IMG/VR virus record: IMGVR_UViG_3300021225_000313
Coordinates: 1-53,639 of that record
Direction: 5' to 3' (one strand)
DNA length: 53,639 nt
From: a virus
Taxonomy: Duplodnaviria > Caudoviricetes
Shown here: positions 22,501 to 31,909 of the stretch, piece after piece
How the letters are laid out: every line of letters starts with the position of its first letter
Position numbering within the stretch: position 1 is the first letter of the stretch
Made by a program: the position numbers and the translations under genes
Notes under the pieces: model-generated
Seen by the model: only the letters and a program-made list of their open reading frames with translations
Told to the model about the DNA's origin: nothing
Database searches by the model: none

Positions 22501-23276
22501 CTTTCAAAATTTTCAATTATTCTTTTTTCAATATCATTTAAGGTATCTGGATTTTTTCTTTTAAATAATTTCCAATTATCGTAATATTTCAATTTCCAAA
22601 CAGCTAAAAAAACATCATTAACTTTTATGTTAGACATTAAACCTTCACTCCATGAACCTACAATTTTAAATTTATCTTCAAAGTAATAATGATATAATAA
22701 ATTGTATGATAAATTTTTAATAATATTATAACAATCATTAGTATAATCTATAACAATCCTATATAATTTATTTTTATTTCCTTTATGGTATTGTCTTGGA
22801 TTTGAATATTTTGGTGTAGTATGAACTAATTTAATAATTTGATTGTTAATATCATCTCCAAATCTTGTAGAATTTACCCATCTTCTACCAAATTCATCAG
22901 GTTTACTCATTATATCTCTAGTTGCATCAAACACCAAATTACCTGTTACATGTAAACAAACACCACCAGAGGTTTGAACACCTCGTACTTGTTCTATAAG
23001 ATGAGATTCCATCCATCTAAATACCGATATTGCATTTTCTTTATTTCTTATTTTATTAATTAAATCAAGTTTATTAATTTCAGTATTATGAAATGCATTC
23101 ATAGGTAAATTCCCATATAAACATTCTACGATATTTTTTGTCAATGGTATATAAGTATCTGTAATAAATTTGTCGAAAGTATCAAACCAAGCGGCATCAC
23201 CTTGTTCAATCTTAATTCTTCTTTTTTCCCTTTCCAATAATTCGTTGAAAATATCTTCGTTAATTATAATATTCAT
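19506..23276 (-). CDS. 1256-aa protein with central degenerate helical repeats
   Basis: Long ORF; recurring L[ST]DEE[FLY]xxL...KxxY units; leader-like start MNIIINE. Confidence 0.8.
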   Translation of the reverse strand: MNIIINEDIFNELLEREKRRIKIEQGDAAWFDTFDKFITDTYIPLTKNIVECLYGNLPMNAFHNTEINKLDLINKIRNKENAISVFRWMESHLIEQVRGVQTSGGVCLHVTGNLVFDATRDIMSKPDEFGRRWVNSTRFGDDINNQIIKLVHTTPKYSNPRQYHKGNKNKLYRIVIDYTNDCYNIIKNLSYNLLYHYYFEDKFKIVGSWSEGLMSNIKVNDVFLAVWKLKYYDNWKLFKRKNPDTLNDIEKRIIENFERNLKQVEDKLKSITNGKIILSEKPHDAVNFVTQRGGFSDTMLYRKNTTIKFDELPEKQQIDILNIKIKNGQSLTIEQFKKIDRETKLKVISRDGGYILSKGQFDLLDDELKKVYIINEGFRTIDEEILEGLDTELQKVYIDSVIKRSHKIGSLKESLKPEIKLYYDEYFIKSKSKISYNEKLNYETLKNLSDDIKKLYLTKFYGVLSEDELSLFDKNDLSIYFDKILDDKVSLLSESTLFKYFNDEQKLKYVEIGFKLNDEMFKLIDENLRNLYLKNALVTKKFILTEQQLMYLDNDQIIDYYNYHKSLPISIVNKLTPENRIKYLKVKIDSRDYISSAEEKLIYSDESLFEVYVKKYAVSIDIETLKKSSPSFIKSYILGKVARDRVSSITYDEFKLCDFETKKSLFRGFHIFEDFYFVDEDESLKILNILNKVKRGYVLSDEEYSLLDLDGKTEYLMTLKAITKNQISETPEKLLKMYCNLYYTPYRRDMKFHVELMKYIDDSRLDELISRGLISGPAIDALPPEKKLVYYKFLVEKKRQIIPIDILIQLPLGTQEFYFKYVTIIDDEDLASKLSDDAKNIRFKIKIERGAKLTDEEFVSVSDDVKSKYIDLHYKSMTPSQIDSLTGPLKSKYYAKVYRGGRRLSDDELAYLEKDRKLSYLAKTDEFGDESYNKLDTKEKIAFVSSRLSKGLNITKHQFDDFPKRLLNAILSIGVKTDKDVFSYLSDEEKNNLINVKMKRGFNLQPHELEYYKSKTGDMKEIVSEEEFRFDELSPTEKERIYSIFRDAYLKSTGTAWSKDKFYSRARSWTFYGLKDKGFVAVRKQRDNLNKLNGSAGEFSGIGVGMRELLSLNEPVWGAAPEKLNSTLCKRFGFIKPPAAVVKIMMQHIPKSVFGTDSLTVQDDGGITIDYSDVGTHTKYFYANDVYFKKVLPKMIENLDDSSSLNKIIKKSSKNPDFLKMIPDEFITTALDSYKGTLPMTKEEILEIIQFLRKVM

Positions 23277-23296
23277 AATAAAATTAAATTAATTCC

Positions 23297-23806
23297 TTAG
23301 AAATAAATATCATTCATTTCTTTATCTATCTTATTAAATGTTTTTCTTGATGGTAACCAATTTACATGACTATCATAAAATGTTGGTCCAAATTTTAATG
23401 AAAATAAACGTTTAATTTTAATATTTTCATCATGTAATAAACCTCTATTGTTATTAATTGACCACCATATAATGTCATCTTTATTAAAACCACTACACAT
23501 TCCCATAAGAATCTGTAATTTAGTTTCTTCATCAAGTTTTTCAATATTTACATAAGGAAAATGTACCGATGTAAATTCATTTAAAATATCTTTGGTTAAT
23601 TCTTCATTTTCACGTTTCAAATGATATGGTAAAATAACTGACCATACAACATCTTCATCTAAACCAAAAGGAAACTTATAATATCCACTGATTGATGTTC
23701 CAAACTTTTGGTCAAAGTGTCTTGAAGGTTTATAATTTTCTATCTTCTTTACCTTCAAAAATCTTTCAATATTTTCCTTTAATAATCTAAATTTTTTGAT
23801 GTTCAT
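23297..23806 (-). CDS. hypothetical protein
   Basis: 169-aa ORF in a co-oriented run. Confidence 0.65.
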   Translation of the reverse strand: MNIKKFRLLKENIERFLKVKKIENYKPSRHFDQKFGTSISGYYKFPFGLDEDVVWSVILPYHLKRENEELTKDILNEFTSVHFPYVNIEKLDEETKLQILMGMCSGFNKDDIIWWSINNNRGLLHDENIKIKRLFSLKFGPTFYDSHVNWLPSRKTFNKIDKEMNDIYF

Positions 23807-23816
23807 TAATGATTTT

Positions 23817-24521
23817 TTATGGCATCAATACTAATTTGACATCATCGTAATTATCAACATATTTCTTTGTTAAATCCCAATAAATTGGTTTTTTTCTCCT
23901 ATAATACATTTCACCATCTACGATATTAATTGGATAAAACATATTATTCGCAAACGCCTTAACTCTATTAGGATATAATGAGTGCAGTTTTTCCCAAATA
24001 CCTTTTTTCGATTCTTGAGTTTGTGTATCGTCGCTATATAAGTTTCTATTTAATATCTCAACTAATTTTAAATAGGTTCTCATCGCTAATCTCTTACCTC
24101 TTGCATGTGGATATACTTCAGTAATTCTAATTTGATAACCATCGTTATATCTTGCTAATTTTATTTTCAAGTGTAATTTATAACCATTATCAAAAATCCT
24201 AACATAAACATCCGATGGATATCCTATTTCTATATATCCAATATCTCTCAAACCATCAATGTTTAATTTGTTTTCCCAAATTATTTTATATCCGAATCGT
24301 TCATATTTCTTTTGCAACAATTTTGGTATTTCATTTCTTAATTTATCATCATAATGATGTTCTATTCCATATTCTACATCTGGGTCAACATCCTCAATAT
24401 GTGGTTGAACTCTTGTTGATATAATGTCGTCATCAAAACTTGGTATCATGACAATTTCATCATATTCTAAACGTTTTTCTTGCAATAATCTCAATTGCTT
24501 TTCAGATATTTTGATTTTCAT
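23817..24521 (-). CDS. GNAT-like acetyltransferase with N-terminal leader
   Basis: VYPHARGKRLA (motif A-like), LYSD and IWEKL; leader MKIKISEKQL. Confidence 0.55.
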   Translation of the reverse strand: MKIKISEKQLRLLQEKRLEYDEIVMIPSFDDDIISTRVQPHIEDVDPDVEYGIEHHYDDKLRNEIPKLLQKKYERFGYKIIWENKLNIDGLRDIGYIEIGYPSDVYVRIFDNGYKLHLKIKLARYNDGYQIRITEVYPHARGKRLAMRTYLKLVEILNRNLYSDDTQTQESKKGIWEKLHSLYPNRVKAFANNMFYPINIVDGEMYYRRKKPIYWDLTKKYVDNYDDVKLVLMP

Positions 24522-24560
24522 ATAATATAAATATTTATATAGATAGTTTAATATTGTATA

Positions 24561-25820
24561 ATGAATAAAAAGAAATTACAGGTTATCATAAGTGAAAGTC
24601 AATTATATAATTTATTAAAAAATGGTGAAATAATAAATGATGCAGTTCAAACTCATGCAGTAGAACGTCAAAAAGAAAGAATTTTAGAAGTATATGATTT
24701 ATATTTGTATTTAGGAAAACAATATTCACCACATAAAAATATATCTAATTTTAAACAACTCGCAAAAGACATAAAATATGACGGAGATTTGCGTGTTGTA
24801 ACAAAATATTTAGATGAAAATAAATCACCCATATTTGAATTTCCTGATTGTTATAAAATAGGTACATATAAATTAGACCCAGAAAGTGTCGCTAAAATTG
24901 ATAGGACCATGTTTTATATTCATGATGATTACAAATTTGAAGAATATTACGGAAAAATTTTAGAAGACAAAAATGATGTTCATGTGGTTTTATATGAGTT
25001 TAAGGATTTATGGGAACCCGCAAGACTGATGAAATTACTTGGTACAAGAGTCAGTATTAATCGTGAAATATATGAATTTGTTAAATCACTTGTTGAATCC
25101 AATATCATGGGAATTAAAAATTTTTATTTTTATGTGGGAACAAATTCTAAAAATAGTAGTATTTTTAAAAATACCGATGACAAAAAACCAAAAAAAGAAG
25201 GAATTCCATCGATTGGTAATTATTTTATTATGCATGTAAAAACAAAAAATAATATTCCGACTGCAAAAACAATACATTTAGAAAGAAGTCAACAAAATGA
25301 AAATAAATATAGTCCTACTTCTATGTATGATATAAAAGGTTATTTAGATTATTTAAGAAATCCAGAAACATTTGATAAAAATAGATATTACCAAAGGGTA
25401 AACTTACCTAAAGAGAAGATGAGTGATGATAACATGTTAAGAGAAATAAACAAAATATTATCTCAAATTGATGGTGATATACAAAATAAAAATAACTCAA
25501 ATAATTTAGATAAATTAATATCCTATCTTAATAAGATAAGTGAAAATGAAAATTTATCACAATTGCACAATAAAATAAAAAATCTTTTTACTAAACAATT
25601 TTACAACCTTAAACAAAAAGAATATTCTACAGACAATAAATTTAAAAATTTAATTGATTCATCGTTATTATTTAAAAATAATTTAGATGATATCATTTTT
25701 TATTGTTTTGATTACTTATCAGAAAATTTTAAAAACAAACCAATAACAGATTTTTATACTGACGTATATAATAGACTTTTAACTATTAACGATAAGTTAT
25801 ATAAAAAAATAAATGGATAA
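24561..25820 (+). CDS. hypothetical protein with shared N-terminal leader
   Basis: VIISESQLYNLL; 419-aa ORF. Confidence 0.75.
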   Translation: MNKKKLQVIISESQLYNLLKNGEIINDAVQTHAVERQKERILEVYDLYLYLGKQYSPHKNISNFKQLAKDIKYDGDLRVVTKYLDENKSPIFEFPDCYKIGTYKLDPESVAKIDRTMFYIHDDYKFEEYYGKILEDKNDVHVVLYEFKDLWEPARLMKLLGTRVSINREIYEFVKSLVESNIMGIKNFYFYVGTNSKNSSIFKNTDDKKPKKEGIPSIGNYFIMHVKTKNNIPTAKTIHLERSQQNENKYSPTSMYDIKGYLDYLRNPETFDKNRYYQRVNLPKEKMSDDNMLREINKILSQIDGDIQNKNNSNNLDKLISYLNKISENENLSQLHNKIKNLFTKQFYNLKQKEYSTDNKFKNLIDSSLLFKNNLDDIIFYCFDYLSENFKNKPITDFYTDVYNRLLTINDKLYKKING

Positions 25821-25842
25821 TCAATTAAGATTATCCATTTAT
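25809..25842. terminator. hairpin between convergent genes
   Basis: ATAAATGGATAATC-aattaa-GATTATCCATTTAT perfect inverted repeat. Confidence 0.55.
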
Positions 25843-25860
25843 TTAATTTATTTTGGTAGT

Positions 25861-26301
25861 TTACTTACTTCTTATTTTATTTAAATATTCAGAGTCCAAA
25901 TATAATGCACACTCGACAATTTCATCCGCAAATCTACCAATTGCGTTATCATCATAATACTTATCTAATAATGATTGTTGTAATTTTCCATCAATCCACA
26001 ATTGTAACATCTCTTTAGACTTTGTTAAAAGTTCATCAACTGTCATGGTTGGGAAATCTTCTTTTGCCATTTCAAGATTTTTTTCGACCGCATTTGATAA
26101 TTGATTTTCAACATCAATTGTGAATGTTTCCATACGATTACTTTCATCATACATAATCTCATCATCAGTAGGTCTTCTTTTTTTGAACATACTTGCACTA
26201 TCCACATCATCATCATTATCGTACATACCTTCATTAATTTTTTTCATCATGTCTTTTATTTTGACAATTTCTTCATTTAAGACCAATTTTTCTTTTTTCA
26301 T
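25861..26301 (-). CDS. acidic hypothetical protein with leader
   Basis: LNEEIVKIKDMMKKINE leader. Confidence 0.7.
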   Translation of the reverse strand: MKKEKLVLNEEIVKIKDMMKKINEGMYDNDDDVDSASMFKKRRPTDDEIMYDESNRMETFTIDVENQLSNAVEKNLEMAKEDFPTMTVDELLTKSKEMLQLWIDGKLQQSLLDKYYDDNAIGRFADEIVECALYLDSEYLNKIRSK

Positions 26302-26327
26302 TTTTTTTTGTTTTTATATGTTAGTTT

Positions 26328-26900
26328 TTATTTACCAAAAAACATTTGAATTTCCATTCTCCTTCTTTTTTCTAATCCACGTAAAATTTTGTTGCCACCA
26401 TATGACCACTTCATCCAATCTTTCTTTGCTTTTTCAAAGTTAGATGAATTTAAAGATTTTAACAAATCTGATTTAACAAAATTACCCTGTCCAATATTAT
26501 AAATTAAAAGACATAACGCGTCTAATTGATTCTGTGTTATAGGTATTTTTAGATTTCGGTGTATTGTAGGAATACATACATCATTTACATGTCTTATCAA
26601 ATATTTTTCAGCAACAGGTTCTGTGATTTTTTTCATTTTCTTTAACTCTTCGTAATTTTTAACAAGAGTTCCGTAACCTATTGTCAAATTTTTTGTTGCG
26701 TCAATGTATGGTTCTTCTTCAAAATTTTCTTCTTTTTTAATTATTTCGATACCCTTTTTACTTATAGAATTATACTCAATGGGTGGTCTTTTCTTATCAT
26801 ATTTCAATACATCCAAATAAGGTCTTGGTAATTCATTGTTCTTCGTTTGTTCAAGAATTACTAATCTTTTCAACTGATTCTCACTTATTATTATTTTCAT
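26328..26900 (-). CDS. GH24 phage lysozyme with N-terminal leader
   Basis: E-x8-D-x5-T triad (ENFEEEPYIDATKNLT), TIGYG, YNIG and GLEKRR; leader MKIIISENQL. Confidence 0.9.
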   Translation of the reverse strand: MKIIISENQLKRLVILEQTKNNELPRPYLDVLKYDKKRPPIEYNSISKKGIEIIKKEENFEEEPYIDATKNLTIGYGTLVKNYEELKKMKKITEPVAEKYLIRHVNDVCIPTIHRNLKIPITQNQLDALCLLIYNIGQGNFVKSDLLKSLNSSNFEKAKKDWMKWSYGGNKILRGLEKRRRMEIQMFFGK

Positions 26901-26966
26901 ATCTCTATAAATATTTCATTATATTATAACTTCATAAAATACATATATTTTTGTATATTACTATCT

Positions 26967-27290
26967 ATGGTAAGTAGAAAGAAATTTCAAAGAATTATAA
27001 AAGAATACAATCAAGCAACCGCATATGAAATTTGGGAAGGAATTAGAGATAACTTTATTTTTGGATTTTTAGGTGCAACAGTTGTTGTATTTATTTCAAC
27101 TAAAGTAGATGTTGCGGTTTTGATTGGTTATGTTCTATATTACTATCAATTAGGTAGAATTCAAAACAGACCAAGATATGTAACAAGCCTTGGTAAACTT
27201 ATTGTATTTCCAATACCATCTGCATTAGGTGCGTTTACAGGATATAAATTATCATATCTTATTCAATCATTTATACAAATGATGTTATAA
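26967..27290 (+). CDS. membrane protein
   Basis: Three hydrophobic segments. Confidence 0.65.
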   Translation: MVSRKKFQRIIKEYNQATAYEIWEGIRDNFIFGFLGATVVVFISTKVDVAVLIGYVLYYYQLGRIQNRPRYVTSLGKLIVFPIPSALGAFTGYKLSYLIQSFIQMML

Positions 27291-27301
27291 TTTAATCTAA
27301 A

Positions 27302-28693
27302 TTATTGTAATAAACTATTTAATTGATTAACTACATCACTATAATTAAATTTACCTTGCGGTTTTGTTGTATTTAAGGTATCAATTAATTTCGTTACAGT
27401 AATTTTATCCATTTTACCTAAAGAAGAATTTAATCCATTCTTTTTTTGGAAATCTTCTATCGCTTGTTTTGTTGATGGTCCATATTTTCCGTCATCATTT
27501 CCTCTTAGATTATATTTCAATAAAATTAGAGCACGTTGTACAGATTGTACTTTTGTATTTACATTATATACACCTGTATCACCTTCGTATGATGCAAATT
27601 CTTCAGTTTCTTTTACTGTGTTATCAGGATTTAAATCAGGAAATTGTGACATTTTATTTAGGTCAATAATACCATTATCGTCTAAAAAATCTGTTAATCT
27701 TTTTACAAATAATGGGACCGTCACCGAATAACCTCTTCTTGACCAAGGTGCACCAATAGCACTATTTGCAAAATCTTTTATTTTTATTGTATTTACAAAT
27801 GATTTACCATCGGCACCTTTATATAATAATTCTACGCTTTCGTCAGTATATTTTCTTATGGTTGCTTTATAAGTTTTACCAGATTTAGCCATAAAATTAT
27901 ATGTTTTGTTAGGGATAAAACCTAATTTTCTCAATAATAAACCTCCTTTATTAACTTTAAAACCATTTCTGACAAATGTAGATAACCTTGTTTTTGCAAT
28001 TTTATCTAATGTATTTTTCATTCCTACTTTTACAGATGTCGCCCCTAATTTTGCACTATCAGGTAATAATTTCGATAATAAATTTGTTATTTTAGTTTTA
28101 AACTTACTGAAATAACCCAAAATTTTACTTACACCAAACTTTTTTAATATGTTTTTAGCCAAATCAGATTTAAGTGCAGTTTCTATTAGTGTTAATGATT
28201 TACCTAATATAGTATCTAATGATTTATAAATTACTCCTAAAGCGGTTTTTACTGCGGGTGTTGCAACTTTTACTCCACCCTTCAAAAATCTCTTTAATGG
28301 AACTGCAACCGCTTGTAATGGTCCTGGTAACGCAACAAACGCAAAGGTTACGATTGCCATTAAATATAAACTGTCTCTTTCTTCTTCGGGTCTAAATTGT
28401 GCTTCAATTAAATAACTTATGGCATTTAAAGTGTCAACTATCGCCCCTGAACCAGGAAATACAAAATCTAATCCTGCAGACAACAAATCGGCTCCTGTGT
28501 GTAAAATATCACTAAGTGACCATTCTTCATTTAATGGGACCCTATCTCCTGTTCTTACAAAATAAGCATTGTTTTCAAAGACAATATACTTACCATCTTT
28601 TGTTATTTTACAACTTCTTAATTTTTCTAATGGTCTTTCGTTTTTACCTATTTCTTCTTGAACAATCTGAAGAATTCTTTTTGTATCTAACAT
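27302..28693 (-). CDS. protein with hydrophobic N-terminal region and C-terminal peptidoglycan-binding domain
   Basis: VQRAL...DGKYGPSTKQAIEDFQKKNGL. Confidence 0.7.
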   Translation of the reverse strand: MLDTKRILQIVQEEIGKNERPLEKLRSCKITKDGKYIVFENNAYFVRTGDRVPLNEEWSLSDILHTGADLLSAGLDFVFPGSGAIVDTLNAISYLIEAQFRPEEERDSLYLMAIVTFAFVALPGPLQAVAVPLKRFLKGGVKVATPAVKTALGVIYKSLDTILGKSLTLIETALKSDLAKNILKKFGVSKILGYFSKFKTKITNLLSKLLPDSAKLGATSVKVGMKNTLDKIAKTRLSTFVRNGFKVNKGGLLLRKLGFIPNKTYNFMAKSGKTYKATIRKYTDESVELLYKGADGKSFVNTIKIKDFANSAIGAPWSRRGYSVTVPLFVKRLTDFLDDNGIIDLNKMSQFPDLNPDNTVKETEEFASYEGDTGVYNVNTKVQSVQRALILLKYNLRGNDDGKYGPSTKQAIEDFQKKNGLNSSLGKMDKITVTKLIDTLNTTKPQGKFNYSDVVNQLNSLLQ

Positions 28694-28720
28694 TTCTTTT
28701 TTTTTTATATAAATATTATT

Positions 28721-29374
28721 TTAATAGTAACTATCATATACATCTTGAGTCAACCCATAATCTACAATTACGATGACATCTTTGTCATTTCTACGAACCA
28801 TCCCATATGAAGATAATCTACATAAGTCACCATATGGGATATCGTATCCAATTAAATAATTGAACATATCGTGCATGAACTCATTTTCCCACATTTCATC
28901 ATAGAAAGGTGGTTTGTTTTTTTGTGCTCTTTCATTTCTTACAACGTGAATTTCATGTGCAAGTCTTATACCTTCGCAAAAATCATCAAAACTATAACCA
29001 ACGATTTGTTTGAATTGAGTTGGTTTCACTTTTCTTGCTAATTCCATTTCAACCCACAACCCTTTATTATCAAAATCAAATGTTCTCGCAACAATATCTC
29101 TGAGGTCACCATAATTACCGTATTCAATCTCTATTTCATTTTGAGCAATACCCTTTGGGTTTTTGGCTAATTTTAAAACCTTTTCGTCATCAATTTTATA
29201 AACCACTCTCCCTGAACCAGATGCTATTTTTTGTAAGTGTTGGTCACAATATAATACTCTTGACCTGAACGACTTTATGTTTTTAAATGTTTCAATATTC
29301 CATGACAATGGATAAACTTCATCCAAATCTTTTTTTATAAGATTATATTGTTGTTCAGATATGATGATTTTCAT
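28721..29374 (-). CDS. protein kinase-like fold enzyme with N-terminal leader
   Basis: IASGSGRVVY glycine loop, VLKLAK, helix-C Glu, GDL and IVDYG; start trimmed to MKIIISEQQ. Confidence 0.65.
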   Translation of the reverse strand: MKIIISEQQYNLIKKDLDEVYPLSWNIETFKNIKSFRSRVLYCDQHLQKIASGSGRVVYKIDDEKVLKLAKNPKGIAQNEIEIEYGNYGDLRDIVARTFDFDNKGLWVEMELARKVKPTQFKQIVGYSFDDFCEGIRLAHEIHVVRNERAQKNKPPFYDEMWENEFMHDMFNYLIGYDIPYGDLCRLSSYGMVRRNDKDVIVIVDYGLTQDVYDSYY

Positions 29375-29400
29375 GTTATATATAAATACATAACTCAAAT

Positions 29401-29430
29401 AAAAAACCCTCAGAAATTAATCTGAGGGTT
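29401..29430 (-). terminator. rho-independent terminator
   Basis: AACCCTCAGA-aattaa-TCTGAGGGTT with a U-tract on the minus strand. Confidence 0.75.
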
Positions 29431-29449
29431 CAATTTATATTTAAAAAAA

Positions 29450-29848
29450 TTATAAACTTTTTGATATATTTGGTCGGATATCTGGATAATATCGTTGTTC
29501 ATAATCTGATTTCAATTTTTCTCTTACTTTTCTATATGGTTCATCACCAAATAATTCATCTTCCACATATTTTTCGTGAGCATCAACATCATCAATTCTA
29601 TTACCAAAATTATCATACCATTCACCTGGTTCAAATTCAATCGCAACTCTACCATTTGCACCTTTACCAATATAATCAACCATTTTCATTTTATCTTCTT
29701 GACTCATTGGTTGAGAAGTATCTACCTTAACTTTCATCAACCAAGGAATACCAAACACTTCATTCACCGTTTTTTTATTCTCTTTTACTATTTTTTCAAC
29801 AACATTTTTTAGTTGTGATTCTGTTAATTTTACTATCTTTTTTGACAT
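29450..29848 (-). CDS. hypothetical protein with leader
   Basis: MSKKIVKLTESQLKNVVEKIVKE; TATTTATA upstream. Confidence 0.75.
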   Translation of the reverse strand: MSKKIVKLTESQLKNVVEKIVKENKKTVNEVFGIPWLMKVKVDTSQPMSQEDKMKMVDYIGKGANGRVAIEFEPGEWYDNFGNRIDDVDAHEKYVEDELFGDEPYRKVREKLKSDYEQRYYPDIRPNISKSL

Positions 29849-29915
29849 GATTTAGTTTAATATATAAATACCTTTATAGAATAAAAAATCCCCATCTAAA
29901 TGACGGGGTTATTTT

Positions 29916-30086
29916 TTAGGAATGTCCAAGAACATAATCATCTTCTTCAAGATATGACTCGACAGATGGTAGTCCACTGTATTCACAGATTTTAGGTGGA
30001 GTATCTTTCAAATCTTCGATTGTTTCGAAATAGACCCCATTACTTTCCATGTCAGATAATGGACGATAAGACATTCCTTGGTACAT
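29916..30086 (-). CDS. 56-aa protein absent from the ORF track (CEYSGLPS motif)
   Basis: Manual translation MYQGMSYRPLSD...ICEYSGLPSVESY...GHS; TATCTTTG box upstream; hairpin downstream. Confidence 0.6.
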   Translation of the reverse strand: MYQGMSYRPLSDMESNGVYFETIEDLKDTPPKICEYSGLPSVESYLEEDDYVLGHS

Positions 30087-30163
30087 TTGTTTAATTGTTT
30101 ATTTACAAAGATAAACAAAAATATGATACGAAGACAATATTTATATAAATAAATTCCTAATTA

Positions 30164-31117
30164 ATGAGAATAATAAAATTAAATCAATCTGATTTAAAAA
30201 AAATTATAGAAAAAGTCATAGAAGAACAAACAGGACCTGGAATCACCTCATATTCACAACAATTAAGTAGACCAAAACCAACAAAAATTGATGAAAAATA
30301 TCCATGTGTACCTAAGGATGTAAGAATATTTGTTGATTATGTTATGACAAATAAAGAAATGTTATCAAAATTTTTAAAAATTGACGTACCAAATTTAATT
30401 TTTTTAACAAAATCAAGTATCGGTATTATAGGTAGAGAAACTAAATTTGGGAAAGTTCAAGAATTAGGTGACCGAGTTACTCAAATATTAAGGTCATCAG
30501 GTGCAGGTTCTTTTTTGGATTGGGTTTATAAAAAAGTAGGTAAAAGTCAAAGTTTGGGTATTGGTCAATTCAAACCTGAAACATGGAAAAAATATGGTTT
30601 GGATAAAACCATAGGTGATTTTGATAAATCTTTCAATCAAGTAAGTCAAGGTCTCGGTGTACTTTATACATTAACAGACAGATATAAAAGAGCATTATCT
30701 AACGGATTAAAACCACAACCATCAATAAACCCAATATTATCAAAATATGGGTTAGTAAAAAATATAAATGGTACAGGTAACAACGCATTAGATATGTCTA
30801 TATTGTCTCACAATTTTCCTGAGAAATCAGTTTTATACCCTTATTGTACAACTAATCATCCATTATACGCAGCACCATGCTACAAAACTAAACATTTACC
30901 ATATGATACCAAACAATCATTTGATAATCAATCAAATAAAGTATTATTGCAAAAAGTAAATGACCCAAGACTTAAACAATTTCCTGGAGAACTTACTGTA
31001 TCACAGAATTCAAAAATCGATAACTATTTTCCGAATTTAAAGGGTCCGAATCACACTGCAATTGGATATGTGGAAGAGGTAAGTAAATATATAAGAAGTC
31101 TCGGATGTATTAAATAA
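30164..31117 (+). CDS. lysozyme/lytic transglycosylase-like protein with leader
   Basis: IIGRETKFG (candidate catalytic Glu) and SLGIGQFKPETW; leader MRIIKLNQSDLKKII. Confidence 0.5.
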   Translation: MRIIKLNQSDLKKIIEKVIEEQTGPGITSYSQQLSRPKPTKIDEKYPCVPKDVRIFVDYVMTNKEMLSKFLKIDVPNLIFLTKSSIGIIGRETKFGKVQELGDRVTQILRSSGAGSFLDWVYKKVGKSQSLGIGQFKPETWKKYGLDKTIGDFDKSFNQVSQGLGVLYTLTDRYKRALSNGLKPQPSINPILSKYGLVKNINGTGNNALDMSILSHNFPEKSVLYPYCTTNHPLYAAPCYKTKHLPYDTKQSFDNQSNKVLLQKVNDPRLKQFPGELTVSQNSKIDNYFPNLKGPNHTAIGYVEEVSKYIRSLGCIK

Positions 31118-31850
31118 TTTTACCAACAATAAAAACTGAAGGTGTGGGGATATTAAATAATTTTCGTGATATGTCACTGTGAATTTGATATTTGTAGTTA
31201 ATGTTTTTATAATTAACACCCACTTCAATAGATGCACCGCCATCAAACATAAGTGCATTAACCATACCAAGACTTTTAGAGATTTGATAAAATTCTGATA
31301 TGGAACATCCTGTTGTTCCGATAGTATGTACCACAATGATATCACCATTTTTATTTTCACCAATAACCAATCTTGGTAATCTATATCTCGCCCATTTCTT
31401 TTTAAACATTCTTGAATACGGTACACCATTTTTAATTAATGGTGTATGTGTTTGTGATGAATGTAAAACTTTGTTTGGTCTATTATTAAAATAAAAAGAG
31501 GGTGACCCACCATTAGATGTGAAAAATCCCCCATATTGTGATTTGTTCCTAATTGTTTTTCCGTTTATTTTAACCTCACCTATGGGTATGTCATTGGTTG
31601 TGAAATAATTTGCATTCATATAAAAATTATAATTACGATGGTTTTTATTTGCAACACCATATGATAAGGCACCTTTTGACATTTTTATGACATTGACCTC
31701 CCCTGAAAAACTGAATTTTTCAGATAAATCAATTTTATAAATTTTCACTTTGTCTGTTTTTTGTGACCCACTAAAGACCCCATTGGTCACATAACCGAAT
31801 AACGGAACACAGAAAACCACCACAATTAAAACCAAAAATAACTTTTTCAT
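31110..31850 (-). CDS. phosphodiester glycosidase (NAGPA/DUF2233-like), exported
   Basis: MNANYF, PRLVIG and NALMFDGGAS; signal peptide MKKLFLVLIVVVF. Confidence 0.75.
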   Translation of the reverse strand: MKKLFLVLIVVVFCVPLFGYVTNGVFSGSQKTDKVKIYKIDLSEKFSFSGEVNVIKMSKGALSYGVANKNHRNYNFYMNANYFTTNDIPIGEVKINGKTIRNKSQYGGFFTSNGGSPSFYFNNRPNKVLHSSQTHTPLIKNGVPYSRMFKKKWARYRLPRLVIGENKNGDIIVVHTIGTTGCSISEFYQISKSLGMVNALMFDGGASIEVGVNYKNINYKYQIHSDISRKLFNIPTPSVFIVGKII

Positions 31851-31909
31851 ATAATGATGTTTATGATTCACAAATATACGGATATTTATAATGATATAAC
31901 CAAAAAAAC

